NCBI GenBank assembly: GCA_964016885.1
Contig: OZ024740.1
Span: 126,976,001 to 127,040,000, forward strand
Length of the DNA stretch: 64,000 bases
Reading direction: 5' to 3'
Origin: Eledone cirrhosa
Taxonomy: Eukaryota
The position numbers and the translations under genes are program-made. The notes beneath the pieces were generated by a model. It searched no databases, was not told where the DNA came from, and was given only the letters and a program-made list of their open reading frames with translations. This document shows, in pieces, positions 36,844-49,899 of the stretch. How positions within the stretch are numbered: the first letter of the stretch is position 1; each line of letters starts with the position of its first letter.

Positions 36844-38129
36844 ATAATGAAATGTCTTCAAATCTTTGATATGAGGGAAGAAAAATATCGATGTTCAATC
36901 ACTAGAGTTTTGTTCCCCATATGAAGATTCACAGCAGCCAAAACACGCCAACTGCTATAGTCATCAGTCAGGATCATAAATCTATCAAGTCTCTATCTCT
37001 CAATAGCTGTAAAAGTGGCTGGACAGGTCTAATCTCAGCATCAAATCTGTAGAATTTCGGTTGGTCACAATTAGTGTGAGTGAGTACACACACACTCACA
37101 CACACCGACGCGAGGTCAGAGAAAACATATATATAACAACACAGTATGCACCGAAAGTTAGGTTACAAAACAACAAATGTTATATTGGTCAAATCTCAAT
37201 TTTAACGATGTAAATTAGAAAAATTTGGTCAACCACAACCCTATACACACGCAAGTAACTTCCGTTCAACGTTCTGCTATACGTGTATCGATTGAATTGT
37301 AACACCCGTATCTACTAAATAGTGTATGTTTTGGTATATACATATCCATGTGTAGAGCAAGTAGTCAGCTCGTATCGAACTCTGTATGTGCCGTTGTCCC
37401 GTTGGGAATTTGAGTCCCCGAGTCTGTGCGTTCAAGCACCCGCCATGTAGGTCACCAAGGGGCTCCATGTAGGATTGGGTATTCGAGTTAAGGTGTCAGT
37501 GTGTGCGTTTTCTCGTCATATGGGCCCTCGGGCTTTTGAGATAAGTTTGGAGTGGTGAAGGTGTGTTACCCAACACAAAATAAAATAAAATAACAAAACC
37601 CCGAGGATTTGTGTAAGCCCATTGATGGCGTGTAAGTAGTATTGCCCATTCAGCAATCGTGAGCACTCCATGGTTAGAGGATCACAGGCCAACAACCTAG
37701 TGTAGTATTCATCTGATAAGATCGTGACTAGTCATAACTGTGGGAACTCCGTGTCTAAAGAAATCGGGTACTGTCTGTAGAATTATGCATAAGGAGCGTA
37801 ATCTGTCTTAACTGAGTGTAAAATACATCTAACTATTTACTAACTGAGAGAACTCTATGGTTAGTGTATTCTAAAGTAATGGGGAATGCGCGTAATTGGT
37901 CTTAACTGAGTGTGTAATTGTTCTAACTATTTACTAACTCGGTATTTTTAGGTAATGGTAAATGTGCACTCAGCTGTGAGAACTCTGTGGAAACATACCG
38001 AGTACTGTGAGTAAGTACGCAAACAATCTTAGCCGTCTACTACCTGAGTGTGTGATTGTCTATTTTTTGCTAATTGAGAGAACTCTATGTCTAAGATAAA
38101 AAGCGTGGAGTTAGTGGTAGGTTACTTTC

Positions 38130-40240
38130 TAAAAATCCTGAGGAAGATTTTCGAGGTTCTATGCTGGCAGGTGTTGAAAAAGTCCGCTCTCCTATTGATT
38201 AGTAGGGGGCCGCCTATAATTATATTAAAGGTTTCAGCTATACATAAATTACAAACGCCCATATGGCTGGGCTGAGCAAATTATGGACCAGAATAAGGAG
38301 TGCTCTATATTCTGTTGTTTAAGCTTCCAGACTAATTCAGAAAGCTCCGTGCTATGTTTTTATCTAATCTATTAAAGGTATAGCGGTGATTGTACCATCT
38401 ATCCTTAAATTTATGTGGCAGTCGCCCCAACATACATGAACGTTCTATCTAAAGTGGAGACCTTACAGTCATAGACTACGTTTTTGGTGAGGCATTTCCC
38501 AGCCAAGGGCAAGTAGTGGTGTTCCTGCAATTACGTTTTCTGCTACCGACCGGGGTGGTTCCTGAGGAACCACGGTACCTCTGGTGTCGTGTCTCAGTCC
38601 TTGTCTGCACTATCTGTAAGTTCCCAGGTGTTGGAGTGGCCCGACTCACCTCACACGTATGAGTCCGTTCATGCATAGAATTGCCATTAGTTCTGCCATG
38701 CCTCATCCCGCCCTGAGCTGTCCTGAGTCTATTATAATTCATCTTAGCTATATTCTGAGCTATGTTACTGGTTGTGGAGTAGGACAGCTTGATGGTATTC
38801 CTATTGAATATTTTATAGTATTTGTGTGATCTAGAGAAGCATTTGTCTAAGGCCCTAAAGAAAAGCTTAGCTATACTAGTGGTCAGGCCGGTGGAGTATG
38901 GGGCGTTGTACCACAGGATTTTTTTGTTCCAATGACTCTTGTTCTTATCATCTATACTAGTGTTACCTTCCTCCTTGTTTGCTACTGGTCTATTAGAACT
39001 GACAACTGCCTGTGGGTCGATGATGCCCCGAGGTGTCCAGGTGGTGTTCGGAATCGTCCCAAGTCTCTGGATCGGTGTACCCCGTGCAATTATTGGAATT
39101 ACTCTCGATGGCCGGGGTTATATCCACTATGCGCCTACTTTATTTTTTTTACCTCTACCCGACCTCTGTTCTATTTTACGTTCAATGGTTGTTTTATCAG
39201 CTCTACAATTAAGGTTACAATTAAAGTTGCCGCTGGTTGTACGGTGCTCGGACACGGTATTTGTACCTGGGTGGTTATTCTCATTGGTACCGTCGTCATT
39301 GGGACTAGGAGGCAATACAACATGAAGTCTATATTAATACTCCTTCGCCTCCCGCCTGCTGTTAACTAAAGTGTGACTAGTTTGGCCTAAGCTACGCAGA
39401 CAATATTTCTACTACTACCTAATGGACGTTTGAATGAGATTCCATCGCTATGCCCCGCGCGTTCCAGGGCCCTATTATCGTAATTTGAGATCCTATCGAA
39501 TGTATCTTCATTGGAAATAGTCCTGAAATTCTACTAGAGACGCTTTTTGTAATACCGTTAGTGACTATTCTAGGGTGGTTCGGTTTTGCGTTGACATAAT
39601 TTAAATTCTCGTTGGGTTAGTGGTAGGGTTGGAAAAGTCCTGAATTGAGGTTAACTGTAACATCTAGAAACTTACGATCTTCAGGTTCTTCTTCAAACAC
39701 TATACTTAAGTCTATGTTGTTGAAGAATTTGCTTAGTTCTTTCTTCACCCTCTCTACCATACTATTATTATGATACGACACAGTAAACAAAACGTCGCCA
39801 CGGTAAGCCTCACCTCCCAAGTGAGGCATTTCCACTCCAAGAAAGTCGAGGATGTAGAGGCCCACCAGATGCGTCACCTGGGCCGAATCCGTGGATCCCA
39901 TGGTGATGTCAAAATTGTCCGGCCAGTCACTCCTAGTACACAAGTCTCCGTTGAACGCAATTACGGTCTTTCTAGCTAGGAGAACAATGTTAATTTCTTC
40001 AGATGTAAGGTCGGTGTGTAAGCTAGGAAAGTGTAGGGCCTTACCTAGAAGCGTTGGAGAGATCGAAGATTAGTAGTTAGAGATATCAAACTGTATAAAC
40101 TTAGTGCGATTTCTCAAACCAGTTAATTACATCACTAGTTCATGATCATAATTTAAGCTTCGGTCTCCTAACTAGAGTGGGGATTATTTCGTCAAGGATG
40201 TTTTTACACACGATTCCTATGTCCGATTTCGAAGGGGCTA
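38130..40240 (-). mobile_element. 5'-truncated PLE, RT plus C-terminal GIY-YIG, degraded
   Basis: SKSDIGIVCKNILD, FIQFDISNY, FDITMGSTDSAQVTHLVGLYIL, YRGD (YRDD), FLDVTVNL, NHP, ILWYNAPYS, KIFNRNTIKLSYS, NCR..CP, FKDRWYNH. Confidence 0.9.
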
Positions 40241-41340
40241 GGTATTAGAGAAAAACACAATGGAAAGCATCCAGCAAATAGCTAACTCCATCCACCACAG
40301 TATTAGAGTTACTATAGACTACCCAAGCAAACACCCCAACCATCGATTACCTGTACTAGACACAGAGCTCTGGATAGATACCATTAATAACACAAAAACA
40401 AATCCTCAATTCCAATTCTGCCAAACCCATGACTTCCAAATATCTGATCCACCGAAACTCAGCTGTTTCGACCATACCAAATACCAGAGTGTAATGTTCA
40501 TCGATACAACCCCTAGAGGTGAATTAGCTTACAAATTTAGAAGGACCCTAGATAAACATAAACACAATATTAAGATAGTAGAAAGACCAGGTACCTACAT
40601 AAAAACACTTATTAGCAATACATACCCTTTTCAATGACATCCCCTGTATAGATAAGAAATGTATAATCAGTAAATTAAGCCCCCATATTAACTGTAAAAC
40701 TAGAAATGTAGTATATAGCATAAGATGTACTGAAGGACAATGTAGAGATAAAAATATAGTGTACATAGGTAAGACAGCTCGTAGTATAGGGGAACGGATA
40801 AATGAACACTGGCGAGACCTTCAACATAGTAAAGAATCATCTGTACTCTATCAACATGCTAAAATAGAACATAAGGGTAAATTAGTGAACATAAAAATGA
40901 AAATAGAATCTACACACAGAAAAGACGCAATGTTTAGACAAATCACAGAGGCAATAAACATAAATGAACTCCAACCAAAATTAAATAGAAAACATGAATG
41001 GAACAGCAACATCACAACTTACAATTAAGGACAAAATGAAAACACATACGCACATAGAACAAACAACCAACCAGTAATATGTAAATAAACAAATAAATAA
41101 ACAAATATAAACACACACGGACACCCGGATGTAACACATGCACAAACTAAGTACTCAACACACACACAAAAACAAGATGGCGTAGAACAGAACAAAGGAG
41201 AGGCACAAAAACAAAGAAAAGAATCCCCAGTCACTGAAGAGGTCACAGAATGTGTGACGAAAGAACATTGACAATATATAAACAATCATCTGGTTGTGGA
41301 ACCAACCATCCTCCTGAAAATTTATAAATTCCTAAATTTA
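40241..41340 (+). mobile_element. 5'-truncated, internally deleted PLE (RT end, GIY-YIG, pLTR)
   Basis: TIDYPSKHPNHRLPVLD; CKTRNVVYSIRC..YIGKTARSIGERINEH..RQITEAINI..LNRKHEW; HHR motif in the 3' repeat. Confidence 0.9.
41230..41272 (+). ncRNA. Minimal hammerhead motif in PLE pLTR (cleavage site mutated)
   Basis: gtca-CTGAAGA-g-gtcac(agaatgt)gtgac-GAAA-gaac-AT-tgac. Confidence 0.7.
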
Positions 41341-41479
41341 TAAATGTATTATAATACATTGAAGTGTTACATCTGGTGCGTGTGTTTCTTATTGGCAACA
41401 TGACCCTCCCAAAGTATAACAATATCGGCTTCAACACACATTTTCAGAGAAAGAATCTTGCTAAACAAATTCAGAAACG

Positions 41480-41550
<71 letters not shown>

Positions 41551-42197
41551 CCAGTGATTTAGCAATGTATCATTTGCATATAGTAGAGTAAGTTTCTCCG
41601 TTCATGTCCGTCCATTCTTTTCAATATGACGAATTACTTTCTTCATAATATCTTACATATTTTCATCTTGCCTTGGGTTCATGTTTCTCGTCCGACTCAG
41701 ATCCACCTGTGACATAAGTATCACAACCATCAGCTATTTCTTTGAAAGTTGATCACTGCTACCTCAACATTTTTTTTCATATTCTTATTCAATATTTCAA
41801 AACTATCCTCTGCATTATATGAACAGTAAGAAACAGGGAATCTCGTCCCTTGTTACACTGATAGGTATTTGCTCAGACAAATACTCCAGCCTTAATTTAA
41901 AAGGCAGCTCTGGTTACATTGTACAACAGAGCGTATGTATTTTATAGCGGGAATAGAATTATTATTTCTTATTTTTCCATTATCTTGACATCATTCAGTG
42001 ATACTGCATTATTAATGGTTGAAAAACTCTCCCCAAACAGTGAAATGTAATCATCCAATTACCTGGATTCTACTCACATTTGCTTCCTCGTATACACACA
42101 CACACACATACACACACACATACACACACACATACACGCACGCACACACACAACCACAAATATACACACACACACACACACACACGCACACACACAC

Positions 42198-42248
<51 letters not shown>

Positions 42249-42274
42249 ATATATACATAATATATACATAATAT

Positions 42275-42324
<50 letters not shown>

Positions 42325-42396
42325 ATATATACATAATATACATAATATATACATAATATATATATATATATAATATATATATATATTTTATATATA

Positions 42397-42427
<31 letters not shown>

Positions 42428-42494
42428 GTATGTATATATTAAGTATATTATGCATATTATGTATATATTATGTATCTGCCTGTCTCTCTCTCTC

Positions 42495-42580
<86 letters not shown>

Positions 42581-42744
42581 CAGATATATGTGTAAAAGAA
42601 TTTAGTCGTTTAATCGAAGCTACGTTATCCGTCTTTCGTTTTGCATCTCTGTCTCGGCTCTTCACACTCACATACGCACAGCACCCTCCACACACTCGTA
42701 AATATTATATAACTGAATACATAAACTCGTATACGTTTGCCTGG

Positions 42745-42784
<40 letters not shown>

Positions 42785-43689
42785 GTGTGTGTGGGGGGGG
42801 GGGTGTATAGCATTGATAACGACTTAATGATAACAGCTAGTTACTTTATCTCTAATATGTTGCTGATAGCAATATATAAGAATGTATTCCTGTTACTTTT
42901 GAAATCTATTACTATTCAGTTGGTCTGTAAAGATCTTTCATCATACAACAACTGTGTCCTGGTTTAGCAGCTTGTCACTAATTGGAGATGTCAGCAGACT
43001 AGGCTTCTCTATAAATGCAACTCTAGCCGGCAGCATTGTACATAGATTGGCATGGCCTGTCGGTCTATATCGTATGTCCGTTAATACTAGTTGACATTTA
43101 GATAAAATGTCGTCAGAATAAGATTATTTTAAAATATTAACCAACAGTCCTTCGGCCGCCAGCAGTAAGATAATATTGTCAGAATATCTATGACAAGAGA
43201 ATGCCTATTTCTCTATGGTGAAATCATTACTTTTGTTTAAGCTGATTAAATGCGATAAGTAATTGTGGAATATATTAAAGATTCCGCAATGTAAATGATA
43301 AATTATTTACAACCAGACAGTATTTTAACGTGCCCAAGGTAAGAGAACAATGGTCAAGAAAATGGGTACGATTATATCGTTTTATTTTTCCTTTGTCTTC
43401 GAATGTCAGTCAAGGCGCTTTTGGTTTTCATTCATCATAGATTAATAAATATACCATATAATGCTATCATAATTTAAATATATTGTTTCAGAAATAACAT
43501 TCTGTTACAGTAAATATACATGATGTGCAGATTGTGCCGAATATAATTGCTCGATGAACAGTTTCTACTAGTCAGATACGATAAGTAGTAGATCATGAAT
43601 AATTGTCTGATGTTTCTGTGTGCTTAATTAAATATTTTAGGACATGCATTATATTTGTGCTACCACAATAAGCGTGTTGCGCACCATTT

Positions 43690-44725
43690 ATCAGTTCTCC
43701 TTAGAATGAGACCAACGTCTTAAAATATAGAATAACAAAATATCCAAAGAACAACCCATATACTGCAATAGAGTGAGAGTTAAGAACCATACTGCATCGT
43801 TCTTCACGCGGCTTAAGAAGGGACGTACAGTTTCAATATCATCTATTGGAACGTTAATGAAATTAAAAGAATGGACACCAAAATTTGGAAACATTTGACT
43901 TGTAATATGATACATAACCCAAAAGCATATATGAATCGAGCTCTTATAGAGAATGTCGAAAATTGGATTCGATCAGTTCCATAAAATCCCAGATGACAGA
44001 ATAATGAAAATGGTTGCAGATCAGGAAAGGAAGAAGAGGTTACATTCAATCAAAAGTTAAGTATAAACTTTGCAGAAGGATTGGGCATACACTTTGAAAA
44101 TGATGATTCTGAAATTCAAACCACAAAATAACTTCAAAGGTTTGTCAAAACATGAAGGTCAACAGAGAACTGCAGTAAATGAGAGCAAAAACCACTCCAT
44201 TGGAGTATGTGCTGCATAGAAAATAAACTGATGTAGATCATCTCTCACCCATCAGTTGCTGCGGAGTTCCTGGGTTGCATGGAAGAGAGGCTTCATTTTG
44301 ACTGACCAAGTCAATGTGATACAAGCACTGGAATAGAGCCAATGTTTCGATTTTGTGATGAGCATGTTGGGACCATTGATCATCTGGTTTTTATCTGAAA
44401 GTATTAACTGTCCCGGGATATAAAACGAGTCATCATAGAGTGGGACATTACTTACAATGGGTAATCTGCAGATTTTATTGTCTGAAAACGGATGGAAAAT
44501 GATACAAACATCATTTAGATGCAGTAACAGGAGGCGAGAACGTTTCAGTCCTATGGGATTTCTTGTGAACACTAACAGGACTGGTGTAATTGTAAATATC
44601 ATGAAGTGAAAACATGTTTCTTAATTGCCCTGCATTCCATCAGATATTAACATTGCAAAATAATTTGGGAAGCTCAGTAATATAAAGATCTATGAATTAG
44701 AATTGAGAAAATGTGGTTTCATGAG
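43690..44725 (+). pseudogene. Degraded R4/Dong-like non-LTR retrotransposon, 3' half (RT thumb, CCHC, restriction-like endonuclease)
   Basis: Broken frames read SFNIIYWNVNEIKRMDTKI..MIHNPKA, CFDF/DEHVGTIDHLV, HHRVGHYLQWVIC, VLWDF, KTCFLI, YKDL..EKMW. Confidence 0.75.
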
Positions 44726-44727
44726 AC

Positions 44728-46085
44728 CTATTCAATACCAGTGATAGTAGTCGTAATTTTAATGATAATAAGAGGAAACTGAAAATATTTGAATCTGATA
44801 TAAACTACGTAGACTTTACATAGAATACTTAAACCTGAGGTGACCCTTCGACCCACACATATAACTTTTGGCCGCCGTCCTTCCGCGCTTATGGGGAGTG
44901 GAACTCCTTCTTCAAGGACAATGATGTTTGGGATAGCCTCGTTACATTCCGGGTTAGTTTGGATTAGTATTTGAATTCCAATATATGACCACTTCTCCCA
45001 CCCTATCACCTGCTCTTGCAGCGTGGCCGTCCTGTTTTCAACTCCGGTGAGGACAGACGGGGCCAGCTAAGATGTGGGCACGTCGAGCGGGACCTAGGTT
45101 ACTTTGACCCTCACAATCTTCTGCCTGCAGTAGGAGAGTGCCAAAACTATCTCTTCACTCTTAAGGTTTACCAAAGAGTGAGACTTCGCCACTTGTTGGT
45201 GGCAAAAAGTACGCTCTGGGTGACATATTTTTGCCTCGAGTGATGTGCGTTTTCTTGTGCACACACGCACCACAAGACCTCTTCAACTTGAGCACCCGTG
45301 GCTCTCTCCACCCGATGTGATCTTTTGCTTACAGTGCGGTAAGACAAAAGTCCACAGCAGTGGTCCTTGAAAAATAGAGTGGACGATTCAGGGAGTATCG
45401 ATTGGCTTTTCCTCCTCCACAACTATCACTCTATCTACATTTCTGGCTACGCCCACAAAGAAATGGTCCCTTCTTCAGCGACCCCATTGTTGCTGCTGCT
45501 ACAGCTGTTACTGGTCTTGTTTGTGTTTCTGCTGCTACTGCTGGTCTTGCTGTTGGTGTTGTTGCTGCTGATACTGCTACTACTGTTGTTCTAGCTGTTG
45601 CTGCAGCTGCTGTTATTTTTTTCAGTATTTTGGCTGTTCCATCTAAAGACTGCCCACCATTTCGCTTAGTGGTGGTGCTATTGTTGTTATCATTTATGTT
45701 GCTGCTGTCGTGTGTGTTTATTTTGTTTTTAGTTTCCGCTGTTGCAGTGGCTGTAGAGGAGGGTTGTTGCCTATGGTGTTGGCCACGCCTGCCGTCGTTG
45801 TGGTGAGGGTGGAGGCATTCAGGATTGTGAACATTGGCAGACTTTGAAAGTCTGCTTAGTATTCACGAAACAAATTATCGTCGCTGTTGCTGCTGCTGCT
45901 ATTGTTGATCTTGTTGTTGCTGCTGCTGTTATTGATTTCAGAATGTTGGTTGTTCCATTCTAAGGAGCTTTCACCCCCTTGTTTATCAGGCACAATAATT
46001 TTGTCCGCCATCTTAATTTTCGTAGAAATTTGAGGAGTGTGTTTCAAAATCAAACACAAATTTGGCCCTTAAGAGCTTCAAGTGG
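44728..46085 (-). pseudogene. ORF1 (gag-like, zinc knuckle) of a Tx1/L1-like LINE
   Basis: ATG at 46011 (MADK), Q/N-rich N-terminus, IPNIIVL..EGRRPK, then after a 1-nt frameshift YMCGSKGHLRFKY (decayed CX2CX4HX4C). Confidence 0.65.
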
Positions 46086-46237
46086 AGTTAAACGAACCAG
46101 CTCACAATAATACTGGCTTACTTATCTTTAAAACGACATCAACATTTCAGTGCATAATGTTGAATAACAGCGTAAATAGAACAAACTTACAGGAGCAAAG
46201 TGAACCACGTGTTGACAGACTGAACCATAACAATGAT

Positions 46238-46428
46238 AATAATTGTTTCTACTTTTGGCACAAGGCCAGCAATTATCCCAGCGTATTGCTGGTACTTTAT
46301 TTTATCGATCCTGTAAGGATGAAAGGCAAAGATAACCTCGGCGGGATTTGAAATCAGTCCGTAAAGGGACGTAACTGAGCTGCAAAGCATGGCGTCCGAC
46401 CATCTACCAATTCTGCCAATCCACCGCA
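46238..46428 (-). mobile_element. tRNA-derived SINE
   Basis: Reverse complement of the 17934 SINE. Confidence 0.9.
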
Positions 46429-46434
46429 CTCACT

Positions 46435-46720
46435 ATAATATTAATAATAATGATATTTCTTTTATTGTAGGCAACTAGAGGTTGAAAACACAGGACAATA
46501 AAATAGACAAAGACAATGGGAATTTCCATATAATGAAATGTGTAAACAAAGCGAACGGATAACGGAATACCAGAATTTCCAATTGCTTATATACGTATGT
46601 CAAATGTAGGCCCACTCATTGGGGCCATGCTTATTAAATTCAAGCACCTTATACGAAATGAACTGAGGACAGCATTTCCTTCACCATTTTTACCTTTTTC
46701 AAGTGGAATGTGCCTGCATT
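46435..46720 (-). mobile_element. Probable 3' end of a Tx1/L1-like LINE with (TTA)n-like tail
   Basis: - strand remnant KMVKEMLSS..MAPMSGPT, T-rich UTR, aataaag then a tta repeat. Confidence 0.45.
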
Positions 46721-46919
46721 ATGTTAGTTCAGTCCTGTCCATCACAAAAACGCTTTCGCTATAACCACCAGACATTTGCAATCATAGGAGGGTGGCCGGC
46801 TGATCATCCCGCAGCTATCTTCATGCATTTAATTTATCATCCGTAAAAAACGCACACAACATTCTGATATTAGCTCTAAAACACTCGCCAATGAATAAAG
46901 GGGTTAACAATTTCATGGT

Positions 46920-47300
46920 GACTTTTGAATTCATACACATCATAGGCTTTTTTCAAAATCATTGTCAACCGTATCAAGCAAAATACAAAAATAGGTGGTG
47001 ACAGATTTACCGTGGAAATATAACTCTATTTAATTCAATAATCCTTAAGCTTCTTCCAAATGCTGTCAGTTCTGAACTTACGCCTGCACACATTTGGTTC
47101 AATTGGTAGGACAACATTTTCTTAAAGATTCTCATACATTAGTTCTGCGATTATTCTAATCAATACCATTAATACAAGAGCTAAACATGTTATCGGCCTG
47201 TAGTTGTCTATTACATAAGAAGGCATACATATTTCAAAGATATATTCATATTAATGTAAAATTTAGGGTTCATCCAGTGCTGTTGACTGCTTAAGCGATA
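46920..47300 (-). pseudogene. Degraded R4/Dong-like RT fragment
   Basis: - strand: NYRPITCL..IIAELMYENL..LPIEP..CRR and a KAYD remnant. Confidence 0.55.
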
Positions 47301-48347
47301 TATTTACGTTTTTTTATACTTTTCGCATTAACCATATTTAAGATTCTTGTCTATAAAAACTGCACCACTATATTCGTTCGATCTCAAAGATGCACCATAA
47401 TAATCAACCATACAAATATCACGTTAATAAGATATGTTCAAATGAAGATCAATGGGTTATATATTTAGTGCCTTGAGTTTTAAATTTTTGTCGGATACAA
47501 ATAGTACGCTACGTAAGAAATATAGGAGAATTTAATCGAATATGTTTTATTGAAGTGGAATCAATTATTTTATATACATTATTATAAACGGGGAGAAACA
47601 TGCACACGAAAAAGCACATGCAATCCTATTAAGAAGCAACACGAATGCAAAAGAGATGCACATGCGTTCTGTCCACGAACCTCGAAAACATACAGTGTGG
47701 GATTACTGTGGTGAACTAGAATGGTAAATAGAAGCAACATATTAGAAATGATGCAATGTAAACAAAATTGAATAAATACAAATAAATAAAATTATCAAAA
47801 TATAGTATATAATAAAAAGAATTAAATAAATAATATGTAGGAATATTATACCAGAATAAAAAAAGGGAAAAGAAAAGTAAAAAATGGTTGCAATTTATAA
47901 AATAACAAACCTGAAAGTCGTGACAAAAAGACATTAGTATTTAAACACATACATTGAGATTGTTCCTCCTGTGTTTTCTCCTACAGTCGTTGAAACGCCC
48001 TACGGGTTGTATTCATGCTGGTAAATAAGGCTAATTCTGATAAAAGCGAGCCTAAGGGTTTTTTATATTTATGGATCTTTTATTAGATCCGTAACATTAC
48101 GCAGATACTCAGAATAATAACTTAATTAAATAAATAAAGACATATGCAAATGAACAGAACTGATAAAAAATGAAAAAAAAACGATATGCAAAATACATTA
48201 CAAACCATTAGTATAAAAGGATATTCATTTCTAGTGATATACATACATCCTCACGCACATGCATACTCACATAGATAGATACATACATACATATATATGT
48301 GCAAACTTGCATACATACACGCATACATATATATGTGTCTTAAGGTG

Positions 48348-49094
48348 TTGAAAATCAGGGATGTGGCTACTGTAGTGTACCGATCGATTGATGGTGAAAT
48401 ATATTTCTTTAATGAAATATATACAAGGAAGATTAAGCAATTTATAAGGTATCTATTTCTAAAGTTCTAGTTAAACTTAAATTAGTTACCTACCTAGCTA
48501 TGTTTGCTTACACACTTTTACACATTATTCCCTGAGATTGTTTCATATGTTTATTTTAGATATATATATATGTCAATCAATTTCTAGTTGATATAAAATG
48601 CTCGGATCTATTCATTGGAATCTTGGAGCATATTCTACAGTAGATATGGCGCATGTCTCTCTGACATGACACCCTTAATTTAATTTGGGATATATTTACG
48701 GCCCCTTAATTGTGGAACTAACTCAGTTGATAGGACTCGGCTGCTATTTCTAGTTGTCGATAACCCTATTCATGCCACTGGGATGAAGCTGGTATGATGT
48801 GTGTATTTTAAAAAAATGCAACACGTGCTGCTAGTCATTCGCAGATTTGAATGTGCGGTGTAAACACAGATAGTTAAATCTTCTCCCTTGTTGAAAATCC
48901 GAGATTTGGCTACTGTGGTTTACCGATCGATTGATTGTGAAATATATTTTTTTAAAGAAATATATATAAGGAAGATTAATCAATTTATATGGTATCTATT
49001 TTTAAAGTTCTAGTTAAACTTTAATTAGTTACCTACCTAGCTATGTGTGCTTACACACTTTTACAAATTATTCCCTGTGATTGTTTCATATGTT

Positions 49095-49190
<96 letters not shown>

Positions 49191-49211
49191 CAAGCAATTT
49201 CTAGTTGATAT
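48348..49211. repeat. ~245-bp direct repeats (48348-48594 and 48890-49211); second copy has an expanded (TA)n
   Basis: gttgaaaatc..tggctactgt..accgatcgattgat..caatttctagttgatat occurs twice. Confidence 0.9.
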
Positions 49212-49899
49212 GTGTATATATATTAATTTTATTCGTTTTTATTCTAACTTTAGCATTTTAACTCTCTAATGGGATAGAATCTTTGTTTACATTTATGAAA
49301 ATGTCAACGAATCATTGGAACTCATTAACATGTGTGGTGACCGGGCAATGGGAGTGAAGGATATTTTTACAATATCTTTCTAAATGAGAAAAACTTTGAA
49401 ATATAACCCGCGTTTGATGTGGTTACTAGTCATCTAGCTTAGTCTTCTCCCCAGACAATAATCACTGTAACTTAGTGAGTGGTGTTCGTGTTGTACAAGC
49501 GTTTTCCACTATATTCCAATGATACACAGATGTCTCTTTTGTGATCTTCTCATATGTCATTTTATCAGCAAAAGTCGTGTGTCGATGGGGGAGTTGTGAT
49601 ATGTGCAGACCTGACCAGTAAGAAACACACAGTTGCAAATCCGCACATAGTTATCAGGGGTCTTATAATATCGTGGTTATTACTTCCTGTGAGAGGGTCT
49701 AACTCTGGTGGAGACTCCTGTGCTTGAACAGCCCTATCAGGGAGAGCACTCTTCACCCAAATTCTCAGGAAATTTGTAGAAAAGATGCATTGAAAATAGT
49801 CTGTCACATCAACGTTCAGTAGTTTACTGTGGCTATCGTCGGTTCATTCAAACAGGAAAAGAAAAGGACTAGTGCATAATAATATTTATGAAATATCGA

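Noticed and set aside
45367-45806. Hydrophobic membrane-protein-like ORFs on +
   Set aside because: Antisense of the CAG/CAA-rich LINE ORF1.
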